Positions 7,945 to 17,555 are shown, numbered from the stretch's first letter. The stretch: 64,000 bases of DNA from Bacteroidia bacterium (GCA_026391255.1 JAPLDU010000055.1:925-64924); one strand, 5' to 3'. Program-made: numbers and translations. Notes: generated by a model from the letters alone, not told the origin.

Positions 7945-9303
7945 ATGGCAGAAACTGAAAATATCAGCGCACCGGTAAGCCAGTCTTCCATAATAAAAGT
8001 AATGGGAGTAGGCGGAGGAGGCAGCAATGCTGTGAACCATATGTTCAGGCAGGGCATCAGAGATGTTGATTTCCTGGTTTGTAATACCGATGCACAGGCA
8101 TTATTGCTCAGTCCCGTGCCTGCTAAAGTACAGATCGGTGAATCTCTCACCGATGGAAGAGGCGCCGGAAACAACCCTGAGATCGGATGCAAAGCAGCCC
8201 TTGAAACAGAGGAATCACTGAGGACTATCCTTTCAGAAAACACTAAAATGCTTTTTATAACGGCAGGAATGGGAGGTGGAACAGGTACGGGCGCAGCGCC
8301 TGTGATCGCACGAATTGCACACGAACTCGATATTCTTACCGTGGGCATAGTAACAATTCCTTTCAGATTTGAAGGAAATGTGAGGATCAGGCAAGCCGTG
8401 GCTGGTATTGAAGAACTTGAGAAATATGTCGACTCATTGCTGGTTGTCAACAATGAGAAACTCAGGAGTATGTTCGGCGATCAGAGGATTTCCGAAGCTT
8501 TTGAGAATGCTGATAATATCCTGACGGCTGCTGCAAAAGGAATTGCTGAGATTATCACCCTGCCCGGTTATGTCAATGTTGACTTTGCCGATGTTCATAC
8601 CGTAATGCATAAGAGTGGTGTGGCCATCATGGGATCTGCCAATTCCACAGGCGAGAACCGTGCTATGCATGCAATCCGCAAAGCGCTCAGTTCTCCCTTG
8701 CTGAACAGCAACCATATTACGGGGGCAAAAAATGTCCTGCTGAATGTGACCTCGGGAACCGAAGAATTCAGACTTGATGAATTATGCGAGATCACCGATT
8801 TTGTACAAAGCGAGGTTGAAGATAATGTCCAGATAATCTGGGGTCACGGAATTGATCCGCGGCTTGGCGATAACATATGCGTCACGGTGATTGCCACTGG
8901 TTTTGAAAAGGAAAATGTTCATGATGTTTTCATTGAAAAAGAAAAACTTGACAGTGCAGAGATTCACAGGCTCATTGATAAGATCGACCTGGAAATAATC
9001 AGCAAAAAATCAGAAGTTGCTATTGCCTCTGATCCGGAAGATTACAGGAAGGTTTTTCCTGAACAAATAACCCAAATTCCGGAAGAAGAAAAGCAGGAGT
9101 CGAAAAAAGCAGAAATTCTGGAGGAACTGATGACAGTTCATCTCAAACCGGAACATATTTTTGCAGATGTTCAGGAAAAGAAGGAAGAGGTAAAAACAGA
9201 AAGCATGTTTTCAAAAAGTCACAGACCGAAAGTAAAAAAAGCAAAAGAAGACAGGGAGAAAGGCTGGATACAGACCACCATCGAAGGATTCTTTACATCA
9301 TGA
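7945..9303 (+). CDS. ftsZ: FtsZ paralog B
   Basis: GVGGGGSNAVNHM, NTDAQAL, GMGGGTGTGAAP, PFRFEG, NVDFADV and VTVIATGF are present. It has a long charged C-terminal extension ending in GWIQTTIEGFFTS. Confidence 0.92.
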   Translation: MAETENISAPVSQSSIIKVMGVGGGGSNAVNHMFRQGIRDVDFLVCNTDAQALLLSPVPAKVQIGESLTDGRGAGNNPEIGCKAALETEESLRTILSENTKMLFITAGMGGGTGTGAAPVIARIAHELDILTVGIVTIPFRFEGNVRIRQAVAGIEELEKYVDSLLVVNNEKLRSMFGDQRISEAFENADNILTAAAKGIAEIITLPGYVNVDFADVHTVMHKSGVAIMGSANSTGENRAMHAIRKALSSPLLNSNHITGAKNVLLNVTSGTEEFRLDELCEITDFVQSEVEDNVQIIWGHGIDPRLGDNICVTVIATGFEKENVHDVFIEKEKLDSAEIHRLIDKIDLEIISKKSEVAIASDPEDYRKVFPEQITQIPEEEKQESKKAEILEELMTVHLKPEHIFADVQEKKEEVKTESMFSKSHRPKVKKAKEDREKGWIQTTIEGFFTS

Positions 9304-9518
9304 TCAATAGTTCATCAGAATTGAAAATAAAGCCCCAGTAAGAATAAATTGTACTGTACTATATAATAAAATGTTACAATCAATATAATCACTATTTTGT
9401 GTGACTTAGTGTAATCCTTTGTGTTCCTTTGTGGTTAATAAAAAAAGTTTTACCACAAAGGACGCTAAGGATGTCACAAAGGTTTACAAAGGAATTTTAA
9501 CAGAAAGTCAAAAAAATT

Positions 9519-10949
9519 ATGTTAGGAAAAATCCATATCGGAAAGAATGGTGCATCCACCATCAAAGTGATCGGAGTAGGAGGCGGAGGAAGCAATGCAG
9601 TGAATCACATGTACAACGCCGGGATAGCGGAAGTGGTTTTTGCTGTGTGTAACACTGATGTCCAGGCATTGAAAATAAGCCCGGTGCCAATAAAGATACA
9701 ACTGGGAGCGACACTGACAGGAGGCAGGGGAGCAGGGAACAAGCCTGAAACCGGCAGGATGTCTGCCGTAGAAACCATTGACCAGATTGACGAAATATTG
9801 AAAGACGACACCAGGATGGTATTTATCACTGCAGGAATGGGAGGAGGTACCGGTACCGGCGCAGCGCCTGTCATTGCAAAAACTGCCAGGGAAAGAGGTA
9901 TCCTGACCATCGGAATCGTCACTTTACCTTTCAGATTTGAGGGAAAGCGCAGGATTGACCAGGCAATCAAGGGAATCCGGGAACTGCAGGATTATGTAGA
10001 CTCATTGCTGGTCATCAATAATGAGAAGTTAAGAGAGATGTATGGTAACCTGAAAATATCCGATGCATTCCTGGTGGCCGACAATATTCTTACCATTGCT
10101 GCGCGAAGCATTGCAGAGATTATCACTATCCAGGGCTATGTAAATGTTGATTTTTCCGATATTAAAACAGTAATGAAAGACAGCGGCCTGGCCATCATGG
10201 GTTCGGCTACTGCATCCGGCGAAGGCCGGGCTGAAAAGGCCGTCCGCAATGCAATCAGCTCACCTCTGCTTGATAATAATGAAATTGCAGGAGCTAAAAA
10301 TATCCTGCTTCACGTATCGTCCGGTACACAAGAGGTAACCATGGATGAAATAGGGATCATTTCTGATTTTCTGCAGGAACAGGCCGGCGCACAGACAAAT
10401 ATCATCTGGGGTAACAGCATCAATCCTGCATTGGGAGAACAGTTATCAGTGACCATTATCGCAACCGGTTTCAAATCAGAAGTTGTACCTGATCTCTATG
10501 TCGCTGAGCATTATAACCGGTCTGTTTATGAACTGGGTAAAAACTCAGATGACAATCAACAAGCATCAGGAAACTCAAAAAAAGAAAAGGCTGCAATGAT
10601 TGATAATGCAATGACCAGTTCTCAACCGAAAACCACATTTACGGGAAGCGATGCAAAAATCAAGACTGACAGGGCTGAAACCGGTACTGAAGTGACAAAG
10701 AATCCGGCTAAGGATGAATCATTGATTAAAGAAGAAAAATTAAAAAAAACTACCGATGGTCTGAATTACCGTAAAGATATCAATGAAATTGAATCCATTC
10801 CAGCATACCTGAGAAAACAGGCTTTAAAAAAAATATTAGAAGAAAAAGCAAACAACCAGGAATTATCTGACAGGGTCTTGCATAGTAATGACAAAGGGCA
10901 GGTGGTCATTGGTGAAAACCCGTTTATCGGGAAAAAGAAAGTTGACTGA
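9519..10949 (+). CDS. ftsZ: FtsZ paralog C (carries the canonical C-terminal FtsA-binding peptide IPAYLRKQ)
   Basis: GVGGGGSNAVNHM, NTDVQAL, GMGGGTGTGAAP, PFRFEGKRR, NVDFSDI and VTIIATGF are present. The conserved peptide ESIPAYLRKQ is encoded at 10797-10820 and is followed by about 42 more residues. Confidence 0.93.
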   Translation: MLGKIHIGKNGASTIKVIGVGGGGSNAVNHMYNAGIAEVVFAVCNTDVQALKISPVPIKIQLGATLTGGRGAGNKPETGRMSAVETIDQIDEILKDDTRMVFITAGMGGGTGTGAAPVIAKTARERGILTIGIVTLPFRFEGKRRIDQAIKGIRELQDYVDSLLVINNEKLREMYGNLKISDAFLVADNILTIAARSIAEIITIQGYVNVDFSDIKTVMKDSGLAIMGSATASGEGRAEKAVRNAISSPLLDNNEIAGAKNILLHVSSGTQEVTMDEIGIISDFLQEQAGAQTNIIWGNSINPALGEQLSVTIIATGFKSEVVPDLYVAEHYNRSVYELGKNSDDNQQASGNSKKEKAAMIDNAMTSSQPKTTFTGSDAKIKTDRAETGTEVTKNPAKDESLIKEEKLKKTTDGLNYRKDINEIESIPAYLRKQALKKILEEKANNQELSDRVLHSNDKGQVVIGENPFIGKKKVD

Positions 10950-10958
10950 AATTCCTCT

Positions 10959-11831
10959 CTACCCCAGATCAGAGATCAGATCATTAATATCTTTAAGCTT
11001 CTGGGAATAGCCCATTTTCTCGTATGAGAATGCGAGATATTGAAGTAGCCGGCGGATGGTTTCAATATTACTGCATGGGATATAATACGATTTATCAGAA
11101 CTTAGTTTCTGCTGCTTGATAAAGAGGTCGATTTCCTTTCTGCCGAAAACCATGCCTTTGTTAAAAGGATTGATATAAAACAGGATATCTTCGTTTTCAT
11201 CTTCATTACCGGCATGCAGCGATGATATCTCATCACGGTAAGCAAGTACGAAGTTTTTGGGAAGATTAACCCCGTAAACAGGGAGATTCAGGCGTTGGGC
11301 AACTACGGAATAAATGATGGACAAGGTTACGGGATTACCCTTTTTTGTCTCAAATACCTGGTTGATATAAGAATTCAGAGGTGAGTCGAAATTGGCAATA
11401 TTGCCCGACAGTTTATTTACATCAAACATTATATGATTTATGATCTTGACTTTCTCAAGCGCCGTGAGGTTACTGTTAAGTTCAAGCCAGACATCGTGCT
11501 TAAGTTTTTCTATTTGTTTATCAATGTCTTCGTACCTGATTTCGCTGAACTGGTAACGTGCAACCCAGAAAGCGCCTTCGAGCAGGTTGTTTTCACGTGT
11601 GGTGGCCCAGGCCACTAAGTTCTGCCTGACATTTGCAAATTGTATCTTCTGAATGAGCTGCTCAATCCTGTGCTGAAGCAACAGGTTGAGTGTTCCTTCC
11701 CAGGTTCTTTCCAGTTCATCAATCACCGGCAGACCGATATCAAACAACATTGATTCAACCTGGGTGAAAATATCCTCATCCGGGTCATCAAGCAGTCTTA
11801 TCAATGCATTTATGCGTTCATTTGAAACCAT
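10959..11831 (-). CDS. transglutaminase-like / SirB1-family protein
   Basis: The 290-aa protein resembles, by eye, the transglutaminase-like-plus-TPR family (...GNPVTLSIIYSVVAQRLNLPVYGVNLPKNFVLAY...). It converges on ftsZ-C with a 9-bp gap. Confidence 0.55.
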   Translation of the reverse strand: MVSNERINALIRLLDDPDEDIFTQVESMLFDIGLPVIDELERTWEGTLNLLLQHRIEQLIQKIQFANVRQNLVAWATTRENNLLEGAFWVARYQFSEIRYEDIDKQIEKLKHDVWLELNSNLTALEKVKIINHIMFDVNKLSGNIANFDSPLNSYINQVFETKKGNPVTLSIIYSVVAQRLNLPVYGVNLPKNFVLAYRDEISSLHAGNEDENEDILFYINPFNKGMVFGRKEIDLFIKQQKLSSDKSYYIPCSNIETIRRLLQYLAFSYEKMGYSQKLKDINDLISDLG

Positions 11832-11867
11832 AAATCAAAATAAATTATCAGAATAACCACGGAGACA

Positions 11868-11918
11868 CTAAATTAATTTGAAAATTTGAAAATGTGCAAA
11901 TTTGAAAATGAAATCCGT
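11868..11918 (-). promoter_or_regulatory. 51-bp repeat module upstream of the transglutaminase-like gene (copy 1), promoter-like
   Basis: CTAAATTAATTTGAAAATTTGAAAATGTGCAAATTTGAAAATGAAATCCGT differs from 23362-23412 at one base. On the minus strand it reads TTTG, then 21 nt, then TAATTTAG. It ends 36 nt upstream of the start codon. Confidence 0.5.
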
Positions 11919-11934
11919 CCTCATTTTCACTAAT

Positions 11935-12822
11935 TCAGATAATTAATTTTCTACTCAGATTATCGAGGGTCGAAACAATCATCTTTTCTACAGCTGACTT
12001 ATAATCATCAAGAAATTTACGGCTTGCCCGGTTGGCAATCACTGTGCAAAAGGTGGCGGCTTTATGCCCGAGAAGCGCTGATAATCCATAGATGGCCGAG
12101 CATTCCATTTCAAAATTGGTGATCATTCTTCCCTGGTATCTGAAGTTCTCAATTTTATTGTTCAGTTCCGGATCAGCCACCGGCAGCCTGAGTACTCTTC
12201 CCTGCGGGCCATAGAATCCGGGAGCAGAGATGGTCAATCCTTCAATTCTGTTTTTTTTCAGGCGATCGTACAATTCCTGGTCAGCATTCACAAAATAAGG
12301 TTTGGCAAGAAGAGGATTCCAGTTGGTAAATTCGAGAAAAGCCTTTTCAAACCCGGCATCGGAAATGGTGTTTCTTCCTTCATAAAAGTTCAGGAGGCCA
12401 TCAAAACCAATGGCTGTGCGGGTAGCAAGTATGCTGCCGGGTTCGATATCAGCCTGCAGTGCACCGGTAGTACCAAGCCTGATGAGTTCAAGACAATTGT
12501 GACTGTCTTTTATAGTTCTTTTTTCGAGGTCAATATTTACCAGTGCATCCAGTTCATTCAGAACAATATCAATATTATCTGTGCCAATGCCCGTAGAAAT
12601 TACGCTTATGCGCCTGTTCCGGTAATAACCTGTATGAGTTACGAATTCACGGTTATGCATTGTGAATTCGACCCGGTCGAAATATTTTGATATTTCAGGA
12701 ACCCTGTCGGGATCACCTGCCAGAAGTATAGTATCTGCAATGTCCTCAGGCCGCAGGTGCAGATGATATATGCTACCATCAGAATTGATCATCAGTTCCG
12801 ATGGTTCAATGAACTTCCTCAT
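11935..12822 (-). CDS. nucleoside phosphorylase (PNP/UDP family, uridine-phosphorylase-like)
   Basis: Family pattern strings GDPDRV, ISVISTGIGTDNIDIVLNEL and NFEMECSAIYGL are present. The start is taken at MRKFIEPSEL (12822). The ORF track extends to 12858. Confidence 0.75.
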   Translation of the reverse strand: MRKFIEPSELMINSDGSIYHLHLRPEDIADTILLAGDPDRVPEISKYFDRVEFTMHNREFVTHTGYYRNRRISVISTGIGTDNIDIVLNELDALVNIDLEKRTIKDSHNCLELIRLGTTGALQADIEPGSILATRTAIGFDGLLNFYEGRNTISDAGFEKAFLEFTNWNPLLAKPYFVNADQELYDRLKKNRIEGLTISAPGFYGPQGRVLRLPVADPELNNKIENFRYQGRMITNFEMECSAIYGLSALLGHKAATFCTVIANRASRKFLDDYKSAVEKMIVSTLDNLSRKLII

Positions 12823-12872
12823 CTGAAAAATGTTTATTTTCGTGAGATTTTTATTCAAAATTAGTCAAAAAT

Positions 12873-13748
12873 ATGAATACGACAAGCAGCATACTTGTAC
12901 CGGTTGATTTTTCCGAACAGTCGATTATCGGACTTGAACAATCGTATAATCTTGCAAAATTCTCTAAATCAATGCTCATTCTTTTGCATGTAATTAAAAT
13001 GAATAAGACAATCTGGGATTTTCTTGGTAATAAAGAACAGATCAGCTTCCGGAAAAAAATCTGTGCAAAATTAAGTGATCTTGGCAAGCAGGTTTCAAAA
13101 TCGCAGGATATTCCAGTTAAGCACCTTGTGAAGATGGGAAAGCTGGTTGACAATATCCTGCAGGTTTCAGCAAAATACAATACTGATTATATTGTAATGG
13201 GGACAACACCTTCAGACAATATCACCAAAAAAATTATAGGGTATAATGCGCTTAGGGTGGTAAAAGAATCTAAATGTCCGGTGATCACTATTAAAGGAAA
13301 GCATCACAAAAATGGTTGTGAAAATATCATTCTTCCTCTTGACCTTACCAGGGAAACACGGCAGAAAGTGACCAATGCCATTGACTTTGCAAAGCTTTTT
13401 CATGCTAAGATACAGGCTATTTCGATGATATCAACATCAGATACCAGGCAGGTTCAGAAACTTGGCCTATTGATGCAGCAGGTTTGCCGGTACATTGCCC
13501 GTAATGGAGTTGATTGCCATACCGATGAAATTAAAGTATCAGGAAATGACGAGAAAATTGCCAAAAAGCTCATTGAGTATTCCCATCAAAAAGACGGTGA
13601 CCTGATCGTGGTAATGACACAGCAGGAAACAGAAATCACCGATTTCTTCCTTGGATCGCCTGCCCAGGAACTCATTTACCACTCTGATATTCCTGTGCTG
13701 AGTATTGTACCCAGGCTTAAGTATAATTATGATAGTGTGGTTTTTTAA
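12873..13748 (+). CDS. universal stress protein (two tandem UspA domains)
   Basis: ILVPVDFSEQS opens domain 1, which also contains IVMGT...CPVITI. The second domain contains LIVVMTQ...IPVLSI. Confidence 0.75.
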   Translation: MNTTSSILVPVDFSEQSIIGLEQSYNLAKFSKSMLILLHVIKMNKTIWDFLGNKEQISFRKKICAKLSDLGKQVSKSQDIPVKHLVKMGKLVDNILQVSAKYNTDYIVMGTTPSDNITKKIIGYNALRVVKESKCPVITIKGKHHKNGCENIILPLDLTRETRQKVTNAIDFAKLFHAKIQAISMISTSDTRQVQKLGLLMQQVCRYIARNGVDCHTDEIKVSGNDEKIAKKLIEYSHQKDGDLIVVMTQQETEITDFFLGSPAQELIYHSDIPVLSIVPRLKYNYDSVVF

Positions 13749-13780
13749 TCTGATGGAAATTGTCTGAACCACTGATTATT

Positions 13781-13877
13781 TTAATTTTAGAATTACGAAT
13801 TACGATTTACGAATATAATCAAATGATATTTAGTGGATTAAACAATATTTATGGATTAAATAAATTTCGGTTTAATC
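13781..13877. repeat. ~100-bp intergenic element, family 'TTAATTTTAGAATTACGA...AATTTCGGTTTA' (copy 1)
   Basis: Three colinear copies are alignable by eye at 13781-13877, 17212-17307 and 24402-24509. Confidence 0.8.
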
Positions 13878-13978
13878 AAAAATGATTTACTTGATCACCG
13901 TGATTATTAAATGAAAACTGACAATTAATAATCATTCAGTTATTCAGTCTGAAAGCTAATAGTCTAAAAGACTTCAGC

Positions 13979-14719
13979 CTAAATTCCGGAGTTCTTAGTT
14001 TGTTTTATTCCTGAATATAATGCAGCTATTCCGAAACTTAAAGAAATATACTCTACTTTTTTGAACCCTGCTTCTTCAAGTTTTTGCAGGAATGCTTTTC
14101 CTTCAGGAAATGCAGCTACCGATTCAGGCAGGTAGGAATAGGCTGTGCGATCCTTAGAAATTAAACGGCCGACAAAAGGCAATATGAGGCGGAAGTAGCA
14201 TTGAAAAAGTTGTTTCACCGGGAAGGCTGAAGGCTTGGAAAACTCAAGTACCACAAATATTCCACCTGGTTTAATTACCCTGAAAATCTCAAATAGTCCT
14301 TTTTCCAGGTTTTCAAAGTTACGAACGCCAAAGGCTACTATTGCAGAATCAAAGGATTGTGCTTCAAATGGAAGGTTTTCAGAATCTGCCTGCAGCAACT
14401 CAATCACATGGCTGAGTTTCCTTTTAATTATTTTGTCTCTGCCAATCTTCAGCATTTCGGCCGAAATGTCTATTCCGGTGATCTTAACAGGATTAAGCTT
14501 CATAGCTTCAATGGCAAGATCACCGGTACCTGTGGCAACATCGAGTATTGTGAGGGGATGATGATCTTTCAGCAGTGAAATGGCTTTTCTTCGCCAGAGC
14601 CTGTCAATATTCAGAGATAATAAATGATTCAGAAAATCGTAATGGCCTGCAATGTTATCAAACATCCGGGCTACCTGTTCCTTTTTGCTTTTATCTGCTG
14701 ACCTGTATGGAAGAACCAA
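13979..14719 (-). CDS. ubiE: demethylmenaquinone / ubiquinone C-methyltransferase UbiE/MenG
   Basis: The N-terminal sequence KKEQVARMFDNIAGHYDFLNHLLSLNIDRLWRR and the SAM motif LDVATGTGDLA are present. Confidence 0.92.
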   Translation of the reverse strand: MVLPYRSADKSKKEQVARMFDNIAGHYDFLNHLLSLNIDRLWRRKAISLLKDHHPLTILDVATGTGDLAIEAMKLNPVKITGIDISAEMLKIGRDKIIKRKLSHVIELLQADSENLPFEAQSFDSAIVAFGVRNFENLEKGLFEIFRVIKPGGIFVVLEFSKPSAFPVKQLFQCYFRLILPFVGRLISKDRTAYSYLPESVAAFPEGKAFLQKLEEAGFKKVEYISLSFGIAALYSGIKQTKNSGI

Positions 14720-14738
14720 TGGTTTATTTTATTTCTCA

Positions 14739-14889
14739 GTTTGTAAAGTTCATAAAGTTTATAAAGTTCATAAAGTTTTTAAATACAAATTATTGCTATA
14801 CATTGAAATATTCACAATATATTAAATGATAAATGATTGATTATTTGTTTATATTATCAACTTTTAACTATCAACTTAATAAACTTTAT
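14739..14889. repeat. ~150-bp element with inverted arms built from (GTTCATAAA)n words (copy 1, inverted relative to copies 2 and 3)
   Basis: The left arm is GTTTGTAAAGTTCATAAAGTTTATAAAGTTCATAAAGTTT. The right arm is CAACTTTTAACTATCAACTTAATAAACTTTAT. The core aligns to the reverse complement of the 42338-42473 core. Confidence 0.75.
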
Positions 14890-14942
14890 TTTCTCTCTCT
14901 TTTGAATATATGACCGGAATTCATGGAACAAAGGCTGAACCC

Positions 14943-17168
14943 TTATTCTATCATACTTTCAATTGCTTTTAAGTAATCTCTTTTTGCATCTTCGATAAAG
15001 CCGTATGACTCATCGTCTACCCGCATTTCACCTCGTGTGACATGACCTAGTGTAGAAAAGGGGAATTTTTTATCAATCATAAAATCAATAAATTCATTTT
15101 CACGGTGAGGTGTTACAGTCACAATTACCCTACCCTGGGATTCTCCGAAAAGGAAGGCATCAGCCCTGATCTCGGCATCAGAAGTGATATCAAATCCAAG
15201 GCTGAACTGAATGGAAGATTCGAGAAGAGTCATGAACAGTCCGCCGTCAGAAATATCATGCACCGAATTGACTAAATTATGCCTGATAAGCTCAGATATC
15301 ACCTGGTGCAGACGCAGTTCAAAGTCAAAATCAAACCACGGAGTCGGTGAGTTTATAATTTTATGATATGAAATCAGGTATTCGCTGGAAGAAATATCAT
15401 TTTTTGATTCCCCGATGAGGTAGATCATATTTCCTTTATTCTTGAATGATAAAGACATGATATGATTTTTATCTTCGATGATTCCGAGCATACCAATGGT
15501 AGGTGTCGGATATACCGGTTCAACTTTATTACCGATGGAAGTCTGGTTATAGAAGCTGACATTACCACCGGTCACTGGCGTGCCAAATATACGGCAGGCA
15601 TTGCCCATGCCTTTCACAGCTTCTTTAAACTGCCAGAATACCTCGGGGTTGTAAGGGTTTCCGAAATTCAGGCAATTTGTAATGGCAACAGGTTTTCCAC
15701 CGGCACACACAATATTTCGGGCGGCCTCGGCAACAGCAATGGAAGTTCCCATTTCAGGGTTTGCATGGACGTACCGCGGGTTACAGTCAACCGTGAGTGC
15801 AAGCGCCTTATTGGTTCCTTTCAGATTTACAACTCCTGCTCCGGCAGGAAAATTTGTCGTCAGATTAGCGGTACCGACCATTGTGTCGTATTGTTCGATC
15901 ACCCATCGCTTGGATGCCAGGTTAGGTTGCTTCAGCAGGAACCAAGCAACTTCTTTCAGACTTTCAGGCTCTATGATATTATCAATTGAAAATTTTTTAA
16001 TATCTGCAATGTAAGCCGGTTCTGAAAATTCACGGTCATAAACCGGAGCACCTCCACCTAATACAAGATCAGATGCAGGAACATCGGCTACCAGTTGATC
16101 ACCCATGTAAAAATAAAGCCTGTCTTCGTCGATCACTTCTCCTATCTGAACAGAGTTCAGGTCCCATTTGCCCAGAATATTGTTCACAATTTCTTCTTTG
16201 CCTTTTTCAGAAACGAGGAGCATACGTTCCTGGGATTCCGATAATAAGATTTCCCAGGCATCGATATTTTGCTGACGCAACGGAACTTTGTCAAGCCATA
16301 TCTTCATGCCGCATTTTCCGCGTGCAGACATTTCGGAGGTCGAACAAATAATACCGGCAGCTCCCATATCCTGCATACCAATGATTACTCCCGCTTTGTT
16401 CAGCTTAAGAGTGGCTTCGAGAAGTTTTTTCTCCTGGAATGGATCACCTACCTGTACCGAAGGAATATCATCTGCGGAATTTTCATGCAGATCGGCGGAA
16501 GCAAAAGTAGCGCCGTGAATGCCATCTTTGCCCGTGGAAGAACCGATAATGAACACCGGGTTTCCGGTTCCCCTGGCAGTTGCAGAAATGAGACGATCTT
16601 TCTTCACTATGCCTACTGACATGGCATTTACAATCGGATTGGAATTGTAAGAATCATCGAAAAATACCTCACCGGCTACCACCGGTACCCCGAACGAGTT
16701 GCCGTAATCGCCGATCCCTCTGACAATGCCTTTCATCAGCCATTTTGTACGGTCAAGACTCAGGTTTCCAAAGCGCAGAGAGTTTAACTGTGCAATAGGC
16801 CTGGCGCCCATGGTAAAAATATCACGGTTAATGCCTCCCACGCCGGTGGCAGCTCCCTGGTAAGGCTCTACAGCACAGGGATGATTATGAGATTCGATTT
16901 TGAAAGCACAGGCCAGACCATCACCCAGGTCTACCAGCCCGGCATTTTCCTCACCGGCGCCCTTGAGTATCTGACTACCTTCACGAGGTAAGGTTTTGAG
17001 CCATTTGATCGAATTTTTATACGAAGCATGTTCCGACCACATGACTGAAAAAATGCTCAGTTCAGTAAAATTTGGAAGCCTTCCAAGTATTTTCCGGATA
17101 CTTTCAAATTCATCGGCTAAAAGTCCTAAACTTTTGGCTGTTTCAAGGTTCACATCGATGTTCGGCAT
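14943..17168 (-). CDS. purL: phosphoribosylformylglycinamidine synthase subunit PurL
   Basis: PurL/AIR-synthase-like repeats are present ([28 protein letters not shown]). The start is taken at [11 protein letters not shown] (17168). The longer ORF to 17249 runs into an intergenic repeat element. Confidence 0.93.
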   Translation of the reverse strand: MPNIDVNLETAKSLGLLADEFESIRKILGRLPNFTELSIFSVMWSEHASYKNSIKWLKTLPREGSQILKGAGEENAGLVDLGDGLACAFKIESHNHPCAVEPYQGAATGVGGINRDIFTMGARPIAQLNSLRFGNLSLDRTKWLMKGIVRGIGDYGNSFGVPVVAGEVFFDDSYNSNPIVNAMSVGIVKKDRLISATARGTGNPVFIIGSSTGKDGIHGATFASADLHENSADDIPSVQVGDPFQEKKLLEATLKLNKAGVIIGMQDMGAAGIICSTSEMSARGKCGMKIWLDKVPLRQQNIDAWEILLSESQERMLLVSEKGKEEIVNNILGKWDLNSVQIGEVIDEDRLYFYMGDQLVADVPASDLVLGGGAPVYDREFSEPAYIADIKKFSIDNIIEPESLKEVAWFLLKQPNLASKRWVIEQYDTMVGTANLTTNFPAGAGVVNLKGTNKALALTVDCNPRYVHANPEMGTSIAVAEAARNIVCAGGKPVAITNCLNFGNPYNPEVFWQFKEAVKGMGNACRIFGTPVTGGNVSFYNQTSIGNKVEPVYPTPTIGMLGIIEDKNHIMSLSFKNKGNMIYLIGESKNDISSSEYLISYHKIINSPTPWFDFDFELRLHQVISELIRHNLVNSVHDISDGGLFMTLLESSIQFSLGFDITSDAEIRADAFLFGESQGRVIVTVTPHRENEFIDFMIDKKFPFSTLGHVTRGEMRVDDESYGFIEDAKRDYLKAIESMIE

Positions 17169-17211
17169 AAGAATAATATACTGGTAATTATTAGCAAAGA
17201 TAGATATTATA

Positions 17212-17307
17212 TTAATTTTAGAATTACGAATTTCGATTTTAGAATACAATCAAATGAATTCTATGGGTTAAACAAAAATTATGTAATAAATTAATTTCGG
17301 TTTATTA
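17212..17307. repeat. ~100-bp intergenic element, same family (copy 2)
   Basis: The sequence is TTAATTTTAGAATTACGAATTTCGATTTTAGAATACAATCAAATGAATTCTATGGGTTAAAC...TTAATTTCGGTTTATTA. It lies upstream of purL. Confidence 0.8.
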
Positions 17308-17555
17308 TAATTGCATATAGCTTAAGACTTACCCGGTAATATAAAAATGATGGAATTTAGAAAATAAGTTAAAGAATGAGTCTGTTCCGAAAAGTCAAAA
17401 ATAATAATAATGCCACTAAGACTCAAAGACACCAAGAATCACAAAGTCTTTATTTCCATAATATTAAATTTAGTGAAACTTTGTGTCATTGTGCCTTTGT
17501 GGCGATAATTTCTTTTTGGGAATGGAATCAAGATTCAAATCTGCGGATTTTCAGA

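Noticed and set aside
6552-10949. The possibility that the three ftsZ genes are an assembly artefact or a collapsed-repeat mis-join.
   Set aside because: The three genes differ extensively at both DNA and protein level. They have different N-termini and tails and unique spacers, and an artefact would give near-identical copies. Read mapping is still advisable.
14575-14829. An 84-aa ORF containing FVKFIKFIKFIKF.
   Set aside because: It is antisense to the ubiE 5' end and then translated from the (GTTCATAAA)n repeat.
17169-17249. A longer PurL N-terminus ([27 protein letters not shown]).
   Set aside because: The extension is encoded by the TTAGAATTACGA repeat element. PurL homology begins at MPNIDVNLE.
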